The notes under the pieces were generated by a model, which was given only the letters and a program-made list of their open reading frames with translations, ran no database searches and was not told the origin of the DNA. From assembly GCA_903858755.1 (NCBI GenBank), contig CAIOKC010000027.1, positions 2,192-66,191 of the forward strand: a stretch of DNA of 64,000 nucleotides. Reading direction: 5' to 3'. Positions 28,289 through 37,654 of this stretch are shown piece after piece. Position 1 is the stretch's first letter; each line of letters begins with the position of its first letter. The translations under genes and the position numbers were made by a program. This stretch comes from an uncultured bacterium (GTDB lineage Bacteria > Patescibacteriota > Minisyncoccia > Phycocordibacterales > UBA2100).

Positions 28289-29296
28289 TTATTGCCCAGC
28301 ACTGGAAGATCCTCGCACGAAATCTTTCAGGTCGTCTCGTATTTTTAGTGCTATGTGCTTCGCGAAAGAGACCGGCACGGCATTGCCTATCATTTTGTAG
28401 CCGTCTGCCACGTTTTCGTATTTAAGTATAAACGTGTCGGGAAATGCCTGGATTCGCGCACACTCGCGGACCGAAAGCCGCCTGTATAGACGCTCCTTAC
28501 CGGGCACAAAAATCCGCTTGTTTTGTTCGACAAATTTCATCTTCGGAGCTTGCGGATGGATCGGGGCGTGTCGCCCTCCGGCTTGAATCGTGAACGAAGG
28601 CTCGTCCCACCCTCGAACACGGTTGCGGGACATGTAGATGGTGGAAAACCCGCCCGTCATATATTCGTGATTTGGTACCTTCAGCGACCTGTTTGCTTTG
28701 TTGGACGGTTTTGCGGGCACGGCATCTTTCAAATCGGAGATCGCATCGCCGAGGACAGGTCTTTCCGAAAGCGGTCGCGGGGGAATGAAATCTCTTCCGA
28801 CTTTCTTGTGATAGCCGACGATAATGACGCGCCACCGCTCTTGCGGCACTCCGTAGTCGTTGGCATTCAACAGGTTGTAAGTGACGCGGTACCCCACGTC
28901 GCTAAAACTCTTCAGGATATCCTCGAAAGCACTTTTATGACGCGGATGCAGAATGCCCGAGACATTCTCGGCTAGGAAAAACAGCGGCTGCTTGTCGCGA
29001 AGAACGCGGATGTACTCATAAAAAAGCTTGCCTCTGCTGTCGTGTATCCCCCTTCCCGCTCCCGCTTCGCTCCAACTCTGGCATGGCGGACCCCCTATGA
29101 TCCCGACTGCTGCGGGCACATCTTCAGATGGCACGTCGATAATACTGCGCTTGTCGAGATGCGTATGGGGGAAATTGTGCTCGAATGTCGACCATATAGA
29201 AGGATCGTATTCATTCGCCCAGTCCACATCAAAACCCGCCTGCTCGAAACCGAGGTCGAGACCGCCAGCTCCCGTAAAGAGTGAGACGAGTTTCAT
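28289..29296 (-). CDS. C5-cytosine DNA methyltransferase (M.HaeIII/M.NgoPII-like)
   Basis: LFTGAGG, GGPPCQ, ENV, Q.R.R, TIQAGGR, IGNAVP. Confidence 0.93.
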   Translation of the reverse strand: MKLVSLFTGAGGLDLGFEQAGFDVDWANEYDPSIWSTFEHNFPHTHLDKRSIIDVPSEDVPAAVGIIGGPPCQSWSEAGAGRGIHDSRGKLFYEYIRVLRDKQPLFFLAENVSGILHPRHKSAFEDILKSFSDVGYRVTYNLLNANDYGVPQERWRVIIVGYHKKVGRDFIPPRPLSERPVLGDAISDLKDAVPAKPSNKANRSLKVPNHEYMTGGFSTIYMSRNRVRGWDEPSFTIQAGGRHAPIHPQAPKMKFVEQNKRIFVPGKERLYRRLSVRECARIQAFPDTFILKYENVADGYKMIGNAVPVSFAKHIALKIRDDLKDFVRGSSSAGQ

Positions 29297-30147
29297 CGTG
29301 TATATCGTACCAGCTTCGCTCGGAGCGACTTCGCCGCGTTGTTCGGGGATTGTATCTCGATATCTTCGATACGAAGCCCTGGGATCTTGGAGTTCTCGAG
29401 TGTTTTTCGGCTTTCTTTCGGGAAAGATTCGTATTTTTCTTTGAGCATCACTGCCGTAAGAGCAAAGTCCGCTTCCGACGACACCTCCGGAATATGCCTG
29501 AAGACTCTCGAAGGGTGCTGTATTGACCACATGCCCCGTATACGTAAATCCGTTATCCCTAGAGGATCAACTCTGTTCACTCTCCCCAATTCGTTGGTCT
29601 CTCCAAATTCAATATCCGGCAAGGCATCAATGCCGCCAGCTATAGAGTCTCGTATCTTTTCATACGTATCTCGACTCGCTGCATAACAATCCCCATACAC
29701 GAACCATAGAGACTTTACCCTATTGTCCTCAATGCCTCCTATCGCATAGAGCATATCCTTCCTCGTCCACTCTTCGCACTCACGGCAACTTGCTGTAATC
29801 ATGGGACTGTCTGCGTACAGGTAGTCTTTTGGATACGAGCTGTTGAGAGCGATCCCATTCGAGCGTCTGCCGATGTACTTTTTCACTTCGATCGCATCGC
29901 CCTCTCGTATGATAGCGTCCGGAGGGTTGTTCTGATTTCCCAAGTACGAGAAAAACTGAGGGTAGATTTTCTCTTTCTCCGACAGCCTCTTTCCAGAAAG
30001 AGTGCCGCTGAACGCGTCTTTGACGTAAAACTCCAAAGCGGCGCCCATCGCATTTGCTCGATTGGGAGCGGTCTTTCGGGGTGATGCCAGACTAGGCGCT
30101 GGCTCCGATGCGATATTCCGTATAGCAATCAACAAATCGGTTTTCAT
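29293..30147 (-). CDS. NgoPII-family Type II restriction endonuclease
   Basis: NRAN.MG.ALE, GNQNNPPD...AIEVKK, ALNSSYPK, VDPLGIT.LRIRGMW; coupled to the MTase. Confidence 0.85.
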   Translation of the reverse strand: MKTDLLIAIRNIASEPAPSLASPRKTAPNRANAMGAALEFYVKDAFSGTLSGKRLSEKEKIYPQFFSYLGNQNNPPDAIIREGDAIEVKKYIGRRSNGIALNSSYPKDYLYADSPMITASCRECEEWTRKDMLYAIGGIEDNRVKSLWFVYGDCYAASRDTYEKIRDSIAGGIDALPDIEFGETNELGRVNRVDPLGITDLRIRGMWSIQHPSRVFRHIPEVSSEADFALTAVMLKEKYESFPKESRKTLENSKIPGLRIEDIEIQSPNNAAKSLRAKLVRYTR

Positions 30148-30896
30148 GACTCAAGGTGATACCGAGAATCATCCCACAAATCCCTCGTTTGAGGAACGGC
30201 AAGGAAATCGGGCGGGAGAGGCGCGGAAAACGCGTACGGAGTACCCATATATTCTAGTGAGATGCTCGAGGCATGCAGGGCAGGGCGCGTGAAGCCGAGG
30301 ATCGGGCGCTTTTCCGGAGCGTATACATGGTCGGCGACGAGCGGATGCCCTATCGACGCACAGTGTACGCGTATCTGATGCGTACGCCCGGTCAGTGGTC
30401 GGGCTTCTATATATGCCGCATCCTCGTCGAGATTCATCAAAAGTTTCCACGCCGTAATCGCGGCGCGCACGTCTGATTCTCCACATGGTCGCGCGTACCA
30501 TCTTTTTGGCGGTATGCTGCTGCGCACTATTTCCGCTACGATTCTCCCTTCGCTTTCTGCCATGTGCCCATGCACATACGCGAGATAGATCTTTTGTATG
30601 TTCCTTTCTTTAAATAATGTCTTCAGTTGTGCAAACGCCTCGGGAGTTTTTGCGATAAGCATAGCGCCGCTCGTCGAGCGATCGAGTCGGTGGACGATTC
30701 CCGGACACGGCACGCGCTCGCCTTGCGGAGAGATCCATGACTCACCGACGCTTGCGAGCGCGGGGTAATTTCCCAGTATCCAATCCGCAAGCGACGGCTC
30801 TACCGTCCGCCCGTCGCTGTGTACAATCAGCCCGGCTGGCTTATCAACGACGAGGAAATCCTCAGTCTCTCCTATCACCCTCGGTGCATCCATCAT
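30144..30896 (-). CDS. RluA-family pseudouridine synthase
   Basis: DKPAG, IVHRLDR.TSG, TGRTHQIRVH. Confidence 0.93.
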   Translation of the reverse strand: MMDAPRVIGETEDFLVVDKPAGLIVHSDGRTVEPSLADWILGNYPALASVGESWISPQGERVPCPGIVHRLDRSTSGAMLIAKTPEAFAQLKTLFKERNIQKIYLAYVHGHMAESEGRIVAEIVRSSIPPKRWYARPCGESDVRAAITAWKLLMNLDEDAAYIEARPLTGRTHQIRVHCASIGHPLVADHVYAPEKRPILGFTRPALHASSISLEYMGTPYAFSAPLPPDFLAVPQTRDLWDDSRYHLES

Positions 30897-30903
30897 GCTT
30901 TTC

Positions 30904-31182
30904 CTATTTCAGTCTTTTGCAAAACACTAGAATAGACTCCGCACGCGACGTAAGCTTGTGACGCACTGCGCTACCCACATTCCGCTTGAGGACGAGCCCC
31001 GCCACGGCGAGTTTGCGCATGTGGTCCGATGCATTTTGATATCCGATATTGAGACGCTCCGACACTTCTTCTACCGATAGCTCCGGATCACGCCTCAAGA
31101 GCTCCAATATTTGAATGCGCCGATGATTTGCGAATCCTTTGATGATTCGCTCCAGCTTCCGATATGGATTCCCCTCTGCCAT
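30904..31182 (-). CDS. ArsR-like winged-helix transcription regulator
   Basis: RRIQILELL, SVEEVSERL, S.H..KL..AGLV. Confidence 0.85.
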   Translation of the reverse strand: MAEGNPYRKLERIIKGFANHRRIQILELLRRDPELSVEEVSERLNIGYQNASDHMRKLAVAGLVLKRNVGSAVRHKLTSRAESILVFCKRLK

Positions 31183-31197
31183 ACGACAATGATACCT

Positions 31198-31228
31198 TAT
31201 GCCAGTGTTTTGCAAAAGATTGGCATAG
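31198..31228. promoter_or_regulatory. Palindromic putative operator upstream of the ArsR-like gene
   Basis: TATGCCA-gtgTTTTGCAAAAgat-TGGCATA; the 16-bp core recurs inverted at 30913-30928. Confidence 0.55.
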
Positions 31229-31537
31229 TTAGGGAGCGAGGACGGTGAGGGTGAAAGTGATACTGTCGCCTGCGCCAATTCCTTCGGCACGGCGGACATG
31301 CGCTTTCAGCGGCAGAAGGTACGTCCCAGAGCGTTTGTCGGGGAATATCGAAGTCTTCCACGAAGTCTTGCCGAGGACCACTGCGACCGGAATCGATCCG
31401 AAACCCCGCTTCTGCTTGGTGTATTTTTCTTTCAGCTCGACCGACTGCTTCTTGTCAACATTGGCAAAATGCCAGGCAGCACTCTCTCCTGGATACAGCC
31501 ATACTTGTGATCGCACGAGATATTTCTTTTTCGCCAT
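31229..31537 (-). CDS. DUF1905-like protein
   Basis: W.F, RGFGS.PV, WKTSIFP, LPLKA.VR.AE. Confidence 0.8.
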   Translation of the reverse strand: MAKKKYLVRSQVWLYPGESAAWHFANVDKKQSVELKEKYTKQKRGFGSIPVAVVLGKTSWKTSIFPDKRSGTYLLPLKAHVRRAEGIGAGDSITFTLTVLAP

Positions 31538-31605
31538 ACGCTATCATCATCTCATGAAAAAACCGGCTTTGGCAGCCGGTTTTCTCTCGAGTACTGGAGT
31601 AGGCG

Positions 31606-32202
31606 TCAGCGTCCGTACCACGCAGCGCGCCACGCGCGCATCATCTCGATCTCGCGAGTCTGCGAGGTGTCGATATTGTCGGCAAGCACCCTCATCTCGC
31701 CACGCTCCGTCGATGCCCGCAGCATTTGCGCCATGACGACCGCCATCTCGTGATGCGGGATCATCTGATCGATGAATTCGCGGTCGAAATCCGCCGCGGC
31801 GATTGTCTTCAGGACGTCTGCATTTCCCTCCATCCCGTCCATGTGCATCATGCCCATACCGCCCGCAGGAGGAGCGGAGCCAAACCACGATTGGTGCCAG
31901 GATTGCATGTCGCGTATCTCTTTTTCCTGCGCCTCGATGATGCCTCGCGCAAGTGAGATAACCTCCGATCGCTTCGAGCGTTCAAGCGCAATCTTCGCCA
32001 TCGCGATCGCCCCCTCGTGGTGCGGGATCATCTGGGTGATGAAGTGCTGGTCGATATCTCCGCTCATCATCGAGCCATCTCCCATCATGTGCACACTTCC
32101 GCTCCTCTCGCCGCTCTGCTGGTATCCGAGGTAGTATCCCGCTCCCGCAAGAGCAATCATCAGCACCCCGATTGCCACTGTCTTTGTTTCCATAGATTTC
32201 AT
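31606..32202 (-). CDS. DUF305 (CopM-like) Met/His-rich protein
   Basis: Two MIPHH..A..MA repeats, Q..EI..M..W. Confidence 0.88.
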   Translation of the reverse strand: MKSMETKTVAIGVLMIALAGAGYYLGYQQSGERSGSVHMMGDGSMMSGDIDQHFITQMIPHHEGAIAMAKIALERSKRSEVISLARGIIEAQEKEIRDMQSWHQSWFGSAPPAGGMGMMHMDGMEGNADVLKTIAAADFDREFIDQMIPHHEMAVVMAQMLRASTERGEMRVLADNIDTSQTREIEMMRAWRAAWYGR

Positions 32203-32213
32203 CCTGTTATCTT

Positions 32214-32666
32214 CTAATTGAATCTCAACTCAATTCTATCCTTATCCTCCATGACGTAATTCTCGTACTCGGTGTTTTCAACACCGTTGACCGTCATGCG
32301 CATGTCTGCACCAAATCCGCGCATATCTCTGCCCCACACCCTGAAGAATTGACCGAGGGTGATGTCTCCCCTGCGCACTACTCCGCCCGCAAACTCAAGG
32401 TGTATGAGCGGAAGATCTTCGTGAGTGTGTATCGGCGCCATCTGCATGCTCTGGTCGAATCCGGAGATGCTCGAGTACTCGACCCCAATCCCGATATTCG
32501 CGGGGATTTCCTGCCGCACGCCTTTCACATAGATGGCAAGTTCCGGGTGCGCGTGCAAGCCGTTGCGAGCGACCACATCAGGATCACGCTCCGTCCGATC
32601 ACTCGACCACCAAATACCTCCAAGAAGAAGCGCGACCACAATCGCGATACCAAGTGATAGTTTCAT
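32214..32666 (-). CDS. Membrane-anchored His-motif protein
   Basis: TM; LHAHP, IPANIG, IHTHE, IHLE, TLGQFF..WG. Confidence 0.7.
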   Translation of the reverse strand: MKLSLGIAIVVALLLGGIWWSSDRTERDPDVVARNGLHAHPELAIYVKGVRQEIPANIGIGVEYSSISGFDQSMQMAPIHTHEDLPLIHLEFAGGVVRRGDITLGQFFRVWGRDMRGFGADMRMTVNGVENTEYENYVMEDKDRIELRFN

Positions 32667-32707
32667 TGTTTTTAACTAACGCTGTGTAAGTACGCCACAA
32701 GCGCTCG

Positions 32708-33076
32708 TTAAAACACTTTTGTGTGAAGTATTCCTCTTGAAAAGAGCTCTTGCATGAACGTCGGCTTGTGAGGAGCCCGACCTTGCACGCGAATCCGCGC
32801 AGGAGCGTAGCCCGACAACGGTCTGCTCCCCCACTGCGAGATGCGCGCATACAAGAGAGCAGCGGCGATGAGTAGCTCGGCGAGAATGGTCGCAAACGCG
32901 ATCTGCCAATGCTTGACGTGCTCAAAGACGCTCGTCGCGCACAGCGCCGCTTGTCCGATCGCAAACGGGCAACCTGCCTCGTGATGCGTCGGACCAGCAA
33001 GCACGAGCGGCATGCCGAGAACGGCGACGAGAAGAAATCCCGTGAGAAGGAACGGCGCAAATACACGAATATTCAT
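32708..33076 (-). CDS. Small membrane protein with HH..CP..C..EH..HW motif
   Basis: Two hydrophobic segments, Cys/His cluster, GILH at C-terminus. Confidence 0.6.
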   Translation of the reverse strand: MNIRVFAPFLLTGFLLVAVLGMPLVLAGPTHHEAGCPFAIGQAALCATSVFEHVKHWQIAFATILAELLIAAALLYARISQWGSRPLSGYAPARIRVQGRAPHKPTFMQELFSRGILHTKVF

Positions 33077-33126
33077 ACAGCAACTCTACACCGCGACTTT
33101 CTGAGCGCAAGGAGCGGACGGTCGTT

Positions 33127-33873
33127 TTACTGGATGTGCTTGTACGTGAGGGCTCCGCCGCGGGTCATGTAGATGAGTTCGAGGCTCTCAGGAGTTAATT
33201 TCGTAATCTTGAAGTCGAGCGTGTCTGCTTGCGTACCCTTCTCGGTAAGCTGGAGATACACGGAGCTTTCATCAATCGGGAACGCGACCATCTTCGGCGC
33301 ATTTGCCTTCGTGTACGCGACCCAAAGACCCGAGGAGACCTGCTTGTTGTCGTACCACTCGATGATCGTGCCGTCCGCCTTGAACTCGCGGACAGATTTC
33401 GCATCCGTCGTGCTCTGCCACTTGCCGACGATCGATTCGCTCACGATGAGCGACGTATCTTGTTTGACGCTTCCTCCGCCTTCGCCCGCGTCGCCCCAAT
33501 TCCATGGCGCCATGTCTGTACTTGGCTTCGGATTGCAGACCATGGTGCGACCGCCGGTCGTAAGCTGTACTTCCTCACCAGCGCCGACGAAGACGATGCC
33601 GCCACCTTCGAAGCGCGCACCTGCGGTCGACTGTGTCGAAGCAAGCGTCGTCTCGCCGAAGGTCGCGTTCGCGCCCGGCGTGACTTTCACTGTCGATACA
33701 TCCGACGAAGGACTCATCGAGAATTCGACGCCGCCTTCGCACGCATACGCATATGAACCCATGTCGCTCTCTTGCATTGTCGTCGAGTCGAGAGATTTCG
33801 ACTTCTCCACATACCAGTACCCTCCGATGATAATGACTGCTAAGACTACTACCCACATGAATGCGGTTTTCAT
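33127..33873 (-). CDS. Membrane-anchored protein (MliC-like region plus beta-rich domain)
   Basis: TM; Y.C..G, GARFE, IVGKWQS. Confidence 0.65.
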   Translation of the reverse strand: MKTAFMWVVVLAVIIIGGYWYVEKSKSLDSTTMQESDMGSYAYACEGGVEFSMSPSSDVSTVKVTPGANATFGETTLASTQSTAGARFEGGGIVFVGAGEEVQLTTGGRTMVCNPKPSTDMAPWNWGDAGEGGGSVKQDTSLIVSESIVGKWQSTTDAKSVREFKADGTIIEWYDNKQVSSGLWVAYTKANAPKMVAFPIDESSVYLQLTEKGTQADTLDFKITKLTPESLELIYMTRGGALTYKHIQ

Positions 33874-33959
33874 ATTGAGCAAGTATCGCACTCCGTGTCT
33901 TCGTGTCAAATCGCCCGAGAGAGTGAAAAACGGTCGATTTCTGCTACAATGCCGACCAT

Positions 33960-34033
33960 TGCGGGATCGTCTAATGGTAGGACATCTGCCTCTGGAGCAG
34001 AGTATCTTGGTTCGAGTCCAAGTCCCGCAGCCA
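33960..34033 (+). tRNA. tRNA-Gln(CTG), encoded CCA
   Basis: TGCGGGA acceptor; TCTGC-CTCTGGA-GCAGA; GGTTCGAGTCC. Confidence 0.95.
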
Positions 34034-34113
34034 ATCTGGACACCTGTACCCGTGACCTAGACGGATTAGGGGGTCTAAGGAACTTATGAAAGCAGGTACT
34101 GTATACTCGCCTC

Positions 34114-34698
34114 ATGAGTAAGCGGTTGATGGGCATTGTCGCAGCTATTGTCTTTCTTGTGGGGGGCTTCTTTGCGATTAATTCATACGTCCACCGACCA
34201 ACACAAGCAGTGGCGACAGCCGGCTACATGGACGCAGCATTCACTATCGACGGCGCGCGCGTAAAGCTTGAGAGTGGCACGGCAGAAACGGAAGCCGCTC
34301 CTGGTTCTGCGTCCAAGATCATTACACGATACTTCGGCAACGAGCTAAAGACCGACCTCGATGGCGACGGGCGAGAAGATATCGCGTTCATTCTCACCCA
34401 AGAGACCGGCGGCTCCGGCACTTTCTTCTATGCGGTTGCCGCACTCAATACAGATCGGGGGTATATCGGCTCCGACGGCTACCTTCTCGGCGACCGTATC
34501 GCACCGCAATCGACCACCCTGAGTCCGCATCCAAGGCATGTGCGCGTCGTGGTCTTCAATTACGCCGATCGCGGAGCAGGTGAACCCATGACCGCGCAGC
34601 CTTCAGAGGGCAAGAGCGTGTATCTCAAACTGGATCCAACGAGCGTACAGTGGGGTATCGTAGAGCCTGACTTCGAGGGCGAATCCCGAGGTCTATGA
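34114..34698 (+). CDS. Hypothetical membrane-anchored protein
   Basis: TM; DLDGDGRED, GGSGTF.Y, LGDRIAPQ. Confidence 0.75.
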   Translation: MSKRLMGIVAAIVFLVGGFFAINSYVHRPTQAVATAGYMDAAFTIDGARVKLESGTAETEAAPGSASKIITRYFGNELKTDLDGDGREDIAFILTQETGGSGTFFYAVAALNTDRGYIGSDGYLLGDRIAPQSTTLSPHPRHVRVVVFNYADRGAGEPMTAQPSEGKSVYLKLDPTSVQWGIVEPDFEGESRGL

Positions 34699-35846
34699 AA
34701 TCATTTTCATTCAAGGTATTGAAACAATCGAAAAAGAGTCGCGCGCGGCTTGGCGTGATATCCACTCCGCACGGCGAGATAGAGACACCCGCGTTCATCC
34801 CCGTCGCGACACGGGCGACAGTGCGTACGCTCGATACCGATGAAATCGCGGAAGTGGGCTCTCAGATGCTTATCGCAAATACCTATCACCTCCACCTCGC
34901 TCCGGGCGAGACTATCGTCAAGAAAGCGGGGGGTATCCACGGCTACATGCAGTGGGACAAACCGCTCATGACGGATTCCGGCGGCTTCCAAGTATTTTCT
35001 CTCGGCTTCGGTCGCGATCATGGAGTGGGGAAGATCCTGAAAGACGAGAAGGATCGCTCCATAGAGACAGGCACGCAGCCCGTCGCAGTGAAGATCACGG
35101 AAGATGGCGTGCATTTCCGCTCCCCCATCGACGGCAAAGAGCAGTATCTCTCCCCGAAGATTTCTATCGGCATTCAGGAAAAACTCGGTGCGGATATCAT
35201 ATTCGCATTTGATGAGTGCCCATCCCCTCTCGCGAACGAAGAGTACGTGCGCACCTCGCTCGAAAAAACTCACCGCTGGGCGAAAGAGTCGCTCGACGCG
35301 CGCAAGAATACGGGGAGGCAGGCGATGTATGGAATCGTACAGGGTGGAGCGTTCAAGGCACTCCGGCTCAAAAGCGCGGAAGTGATCGGTGCCATGGACG
35401 GATTCGAGGGCTTCGGCTTCGGTGGTGAATTCGGCTACAACAAAACGCAGCTCAAGAAAGGAATCGGCGAGGTTGTCGACACACTCCCCTCACACAAGCC
35501 TCGCCATGTGCTGGGTATCGGTCATCCCGAGGATTTCCCTATAATAGCAGAGAGCGGCGGCGATACATTTGATTGCATCGCTCCCACGCACTACGCGCGG
35601 CGCGGCATCATCTTCACTTCGAAAGGTCGCATCGACCTTCGGAAACCGCGATTCCTCAAAGAATTCAAGCCGCTCGATGCGCGCTGTGCCTGCATGATCT
35701 GCAAGACGTACACGCGCTCGTACATCTCCCACCTTCTGCGCGGACACGAGCTCTCCGGTCTCAAGCTCGCGACCTACCACAATCTTTTTTACTTCAACGC
35801 GCTCGCGGCGCAGATGCGGGAAAGAATACAGAACGACGAGCTCTAA
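34695..35846 (+). CDS. tgt: tRNA-guanine transglycosylase
   Basis: TDSGGFQVFSL, GIVQG, TFDC, C.C..C zinc site, HNL. Confidence 0.95.
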   Translation: MKSFSFKVLKQSKKSRARLGVISTPHGEIETPAFIPVATRATVRTLDTDEIAEVGSQMLIANTYHLHLAPGETIVKKAGGIHGYMQWDKPLMTDSGGFQVFSLGFGRDHGVGKILKDEKDRSIETGTQPVAVKITEDGVHFRSPIDGKEQYLSPKISIGIQEKLGADIIFAFDECPSPLANEEYVRTSLEKTHRWAKESLDARKNTGRQAMYGIVQGGAFKALRLKSAEVIGAMDGFEGFGFGGEFGYNKTQLKKGIGEVVDTLPSHKPRHVLGIGHPEDFPIIAESGGDTFDCIAPTHYARRGIIFTSKGRIDLRKPRFLKEFKPLDARCACMICKTYTRSYISHLLRGHELSGLKLATYHNLFYFNALAAQMRERIQNDEL

Positions 35847-36316
35847 TCGGCTGGCGCATCCACCACTTCCTGATAGGCGACGATCTTCCACTCCCCGCTC
35901 TCGCGGACGACCTGGATATACACGGGCGTAATACCGGCGCTCTCTTCACTGCCTTCTGCGAGAAATACAAGAGCTCCCTGCACGAGATAGCCCGCACCCT
36001 GCGGTACCATTTGCGTGATTTCTATACGGTCTGGCCACGGACTCGACGTAGTGCGCCCAGGCGCTTTCGAGGGATCACTCTGCCAGAGTGCGATGAGAGC
36101 GGGAGACACGAAGTCTCGATACTCGCTCGCGATTGAGTCGGGGGCATCCGGCGAAAGAAGCGATACTTTCTGCATACGCTCCCCGAAATCTTCCACCAGC
36201 GAGCGCACGCCGCGCTCATTGGCGCGGATCGAGATCTCATCCCAGAAGAAGTAGCCCACTGCCGCAATCGCAGCACATAAGAAGAGAAGAGCGGCGGTAG
36301 TGCGGATCGATAACAT
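35843..36316 (-). CDS. Hypothetical membrane-anchored protein
   Basis: TM; APGR.TSSPWPDRIEI. Confidence 0.7.
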   Translation of the reverse strand: MLSIRTTAALLFLCAAIAAVGYFFWDEISIRANERGVRSLVEDFGERMQKVSLLSPDAPDSIASEYRDFVSPALIALWQSDPSKAPGRTTSSPWPDRIEITQMVPQGAGYLVQGALVFLAEGSEESAGITPVYIQVVRESGEWKIVAYQEVVDAPAD

Positions 36317-36327
36317 GTCCAGATAGT

Positions 36328-37299
36328 CTACTGTGCGGATGAGGTCGCTGTGATGCCAGTCTGTGTGGATACGCATGTGCGCCGATCCCGCCCGAGCTCG
36401 ACCGGTATTTCCTGCACCCACTCGACGCCGTGCGGGGTAAACGCCACCTCAAGGAGAAGACCGCTCATCACCTTCTCGTCCCAATACTGGTCGAAAATGA
36501 AATTGCCGAGAGAGTAGTATATGTATCTGTCGTGGTAGTACTCCCGCTCTTGGACGATATGCGGATGCGAGCCGATCACCATATCCGCCCCCGCATCGAC
36601 GAATTGGCGCGCGAGGATCTTCACCCGCTCAGGGGGCGGCACGTATTCTTCTCCCCAGTGCGTATAGACGAAGACGATGCGCCCCGCATCGCGCTCTGCG
36701 CGCACCGCCCCGGTGATATGATATATCATATCACCGGCACTGGGAGCGAATTCGTTGTAGTTGATGAAGGAGACGGGGATTCCTTTCATCTCGAGGCGAG
36801 CGACGCGGTCGGATTCCGGCGCATCGGGATCGCCGAAATACCCGACACCTGCCGCATTCAGAAATGCTTTGGTCTGCACAAGACCATCCCGACCGAAATT
36901 CATGATGTGATTGTTGCCCAGGTGTACAAGCCGGATATTGTGCCGCGCGAGCAGAGATGCGGTCGAGGTGGCAAAAGTGAAGGTGAAATTATTCTCCCCT
37001 CCCGGCTTTGAGCCGATGCTCTTGGAGGCGAATTCCGTGATCGGACCTTCGAGATTCGCGACGACGAGATCGGCTTTCCCGAGCAGAGGCGTAATGCACG
37101 AAAAAACAAAGTCATCCCCTTTTTCCTCCATCGTCGTCCTCACCGACCTGTCAAACATCATATCGCCGCCGAAGACGATGTGCGCTTGCGGTATGGGAGC
37201 GAATATATGCGGGATGGGAGCTTCAGCGGCAAGCGGCGCTGCGCCGAGACTGAAAAACCCGACAAGCGCGGCGATAAAACTCGAGAGGAATTCGAGCAT
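36328..37299 (-). CDS. CapA/PgsA-family metallophosphoesterase
   Basis: GDMM, NLEGP, GNNH, HWGEE, GSHPH, YSLGNFIFDQ. Confidence 0.9.
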   Translation of the reverse strand: MLEFLSSFIAALVGFFSLGAAPLAAEAPIPHIFAPIPQAHIVFGGDMMFDRSVRTTMEEKGDDFVFSCITPLLGKADLVVANLEGPITEFASKSIGSKPGGENNFTFTFATSTASLLARHNIRLVHLGNNHIMNFGRDGLVQTKAFLNAAGVGYFGDPDAPESDRVARLEMKGIPVSFINYNEFAPSAGDMIYHITGAVRAERDAGRIVFVYTHWGEEYVPPPERVKILARQFVDAGADMVIGSHPHIVQEREYYHDRYIYYSLGNFIFDQYWDEKVMSGLLLEVAFTPHGVEWVQEIPVELGRDRRTCVSTQTGITATSSAQ

Positions 37300-37302
37300 G
37301 CG

Positions 37303-37650
37303 CTACTGCAACGAGCGCATGTACGCGCGGGAAAGAGCGAGACCGAACGCTGCGCGCTCGCGTTTCGTGTCAATCCAGTCGGGTAGCTCTATCTTGCGAT
37401 TCCGCAATGCATTGAAAAGCCTTTCTGTAAGCTCGTCCTGCTCCAGCCCTTCTCGTGCCACAGTGATATCCTTTGCGAAACGACTCAATTCATCTTTGAT
37501 GACCATTTGGTCTTCGCCACTCAGCATACCGTTGACATGCGCAGCGAACTCGTGAGAAATCTCATCGAGGGTCTTCTTCTGTCGACTCTGTTCCTGCTGC
37601 CGCCGCATGTGTCCTTCCGGAGTCTTTCCCATCTTTGCTTCAAATGTCAT
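37303..37650 (-). CDS. Hypothetical protein
   Basis: ORF fills the gap in the operon with 3-4 nt spacing. Confidence 0.6.
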   Translation of the reverse strand: MTFEAKMGKTPEGHMRRQQEQSRQKKTLDEISHEFAAHVNGMLSGEDQMVIKDELSRFAKDITVAREGLEQDELTERLFNALRNRKIELPDWIDTKRERAAFGLALSRAYMRSLQ

Positions 37651-37654
37651 ACGA

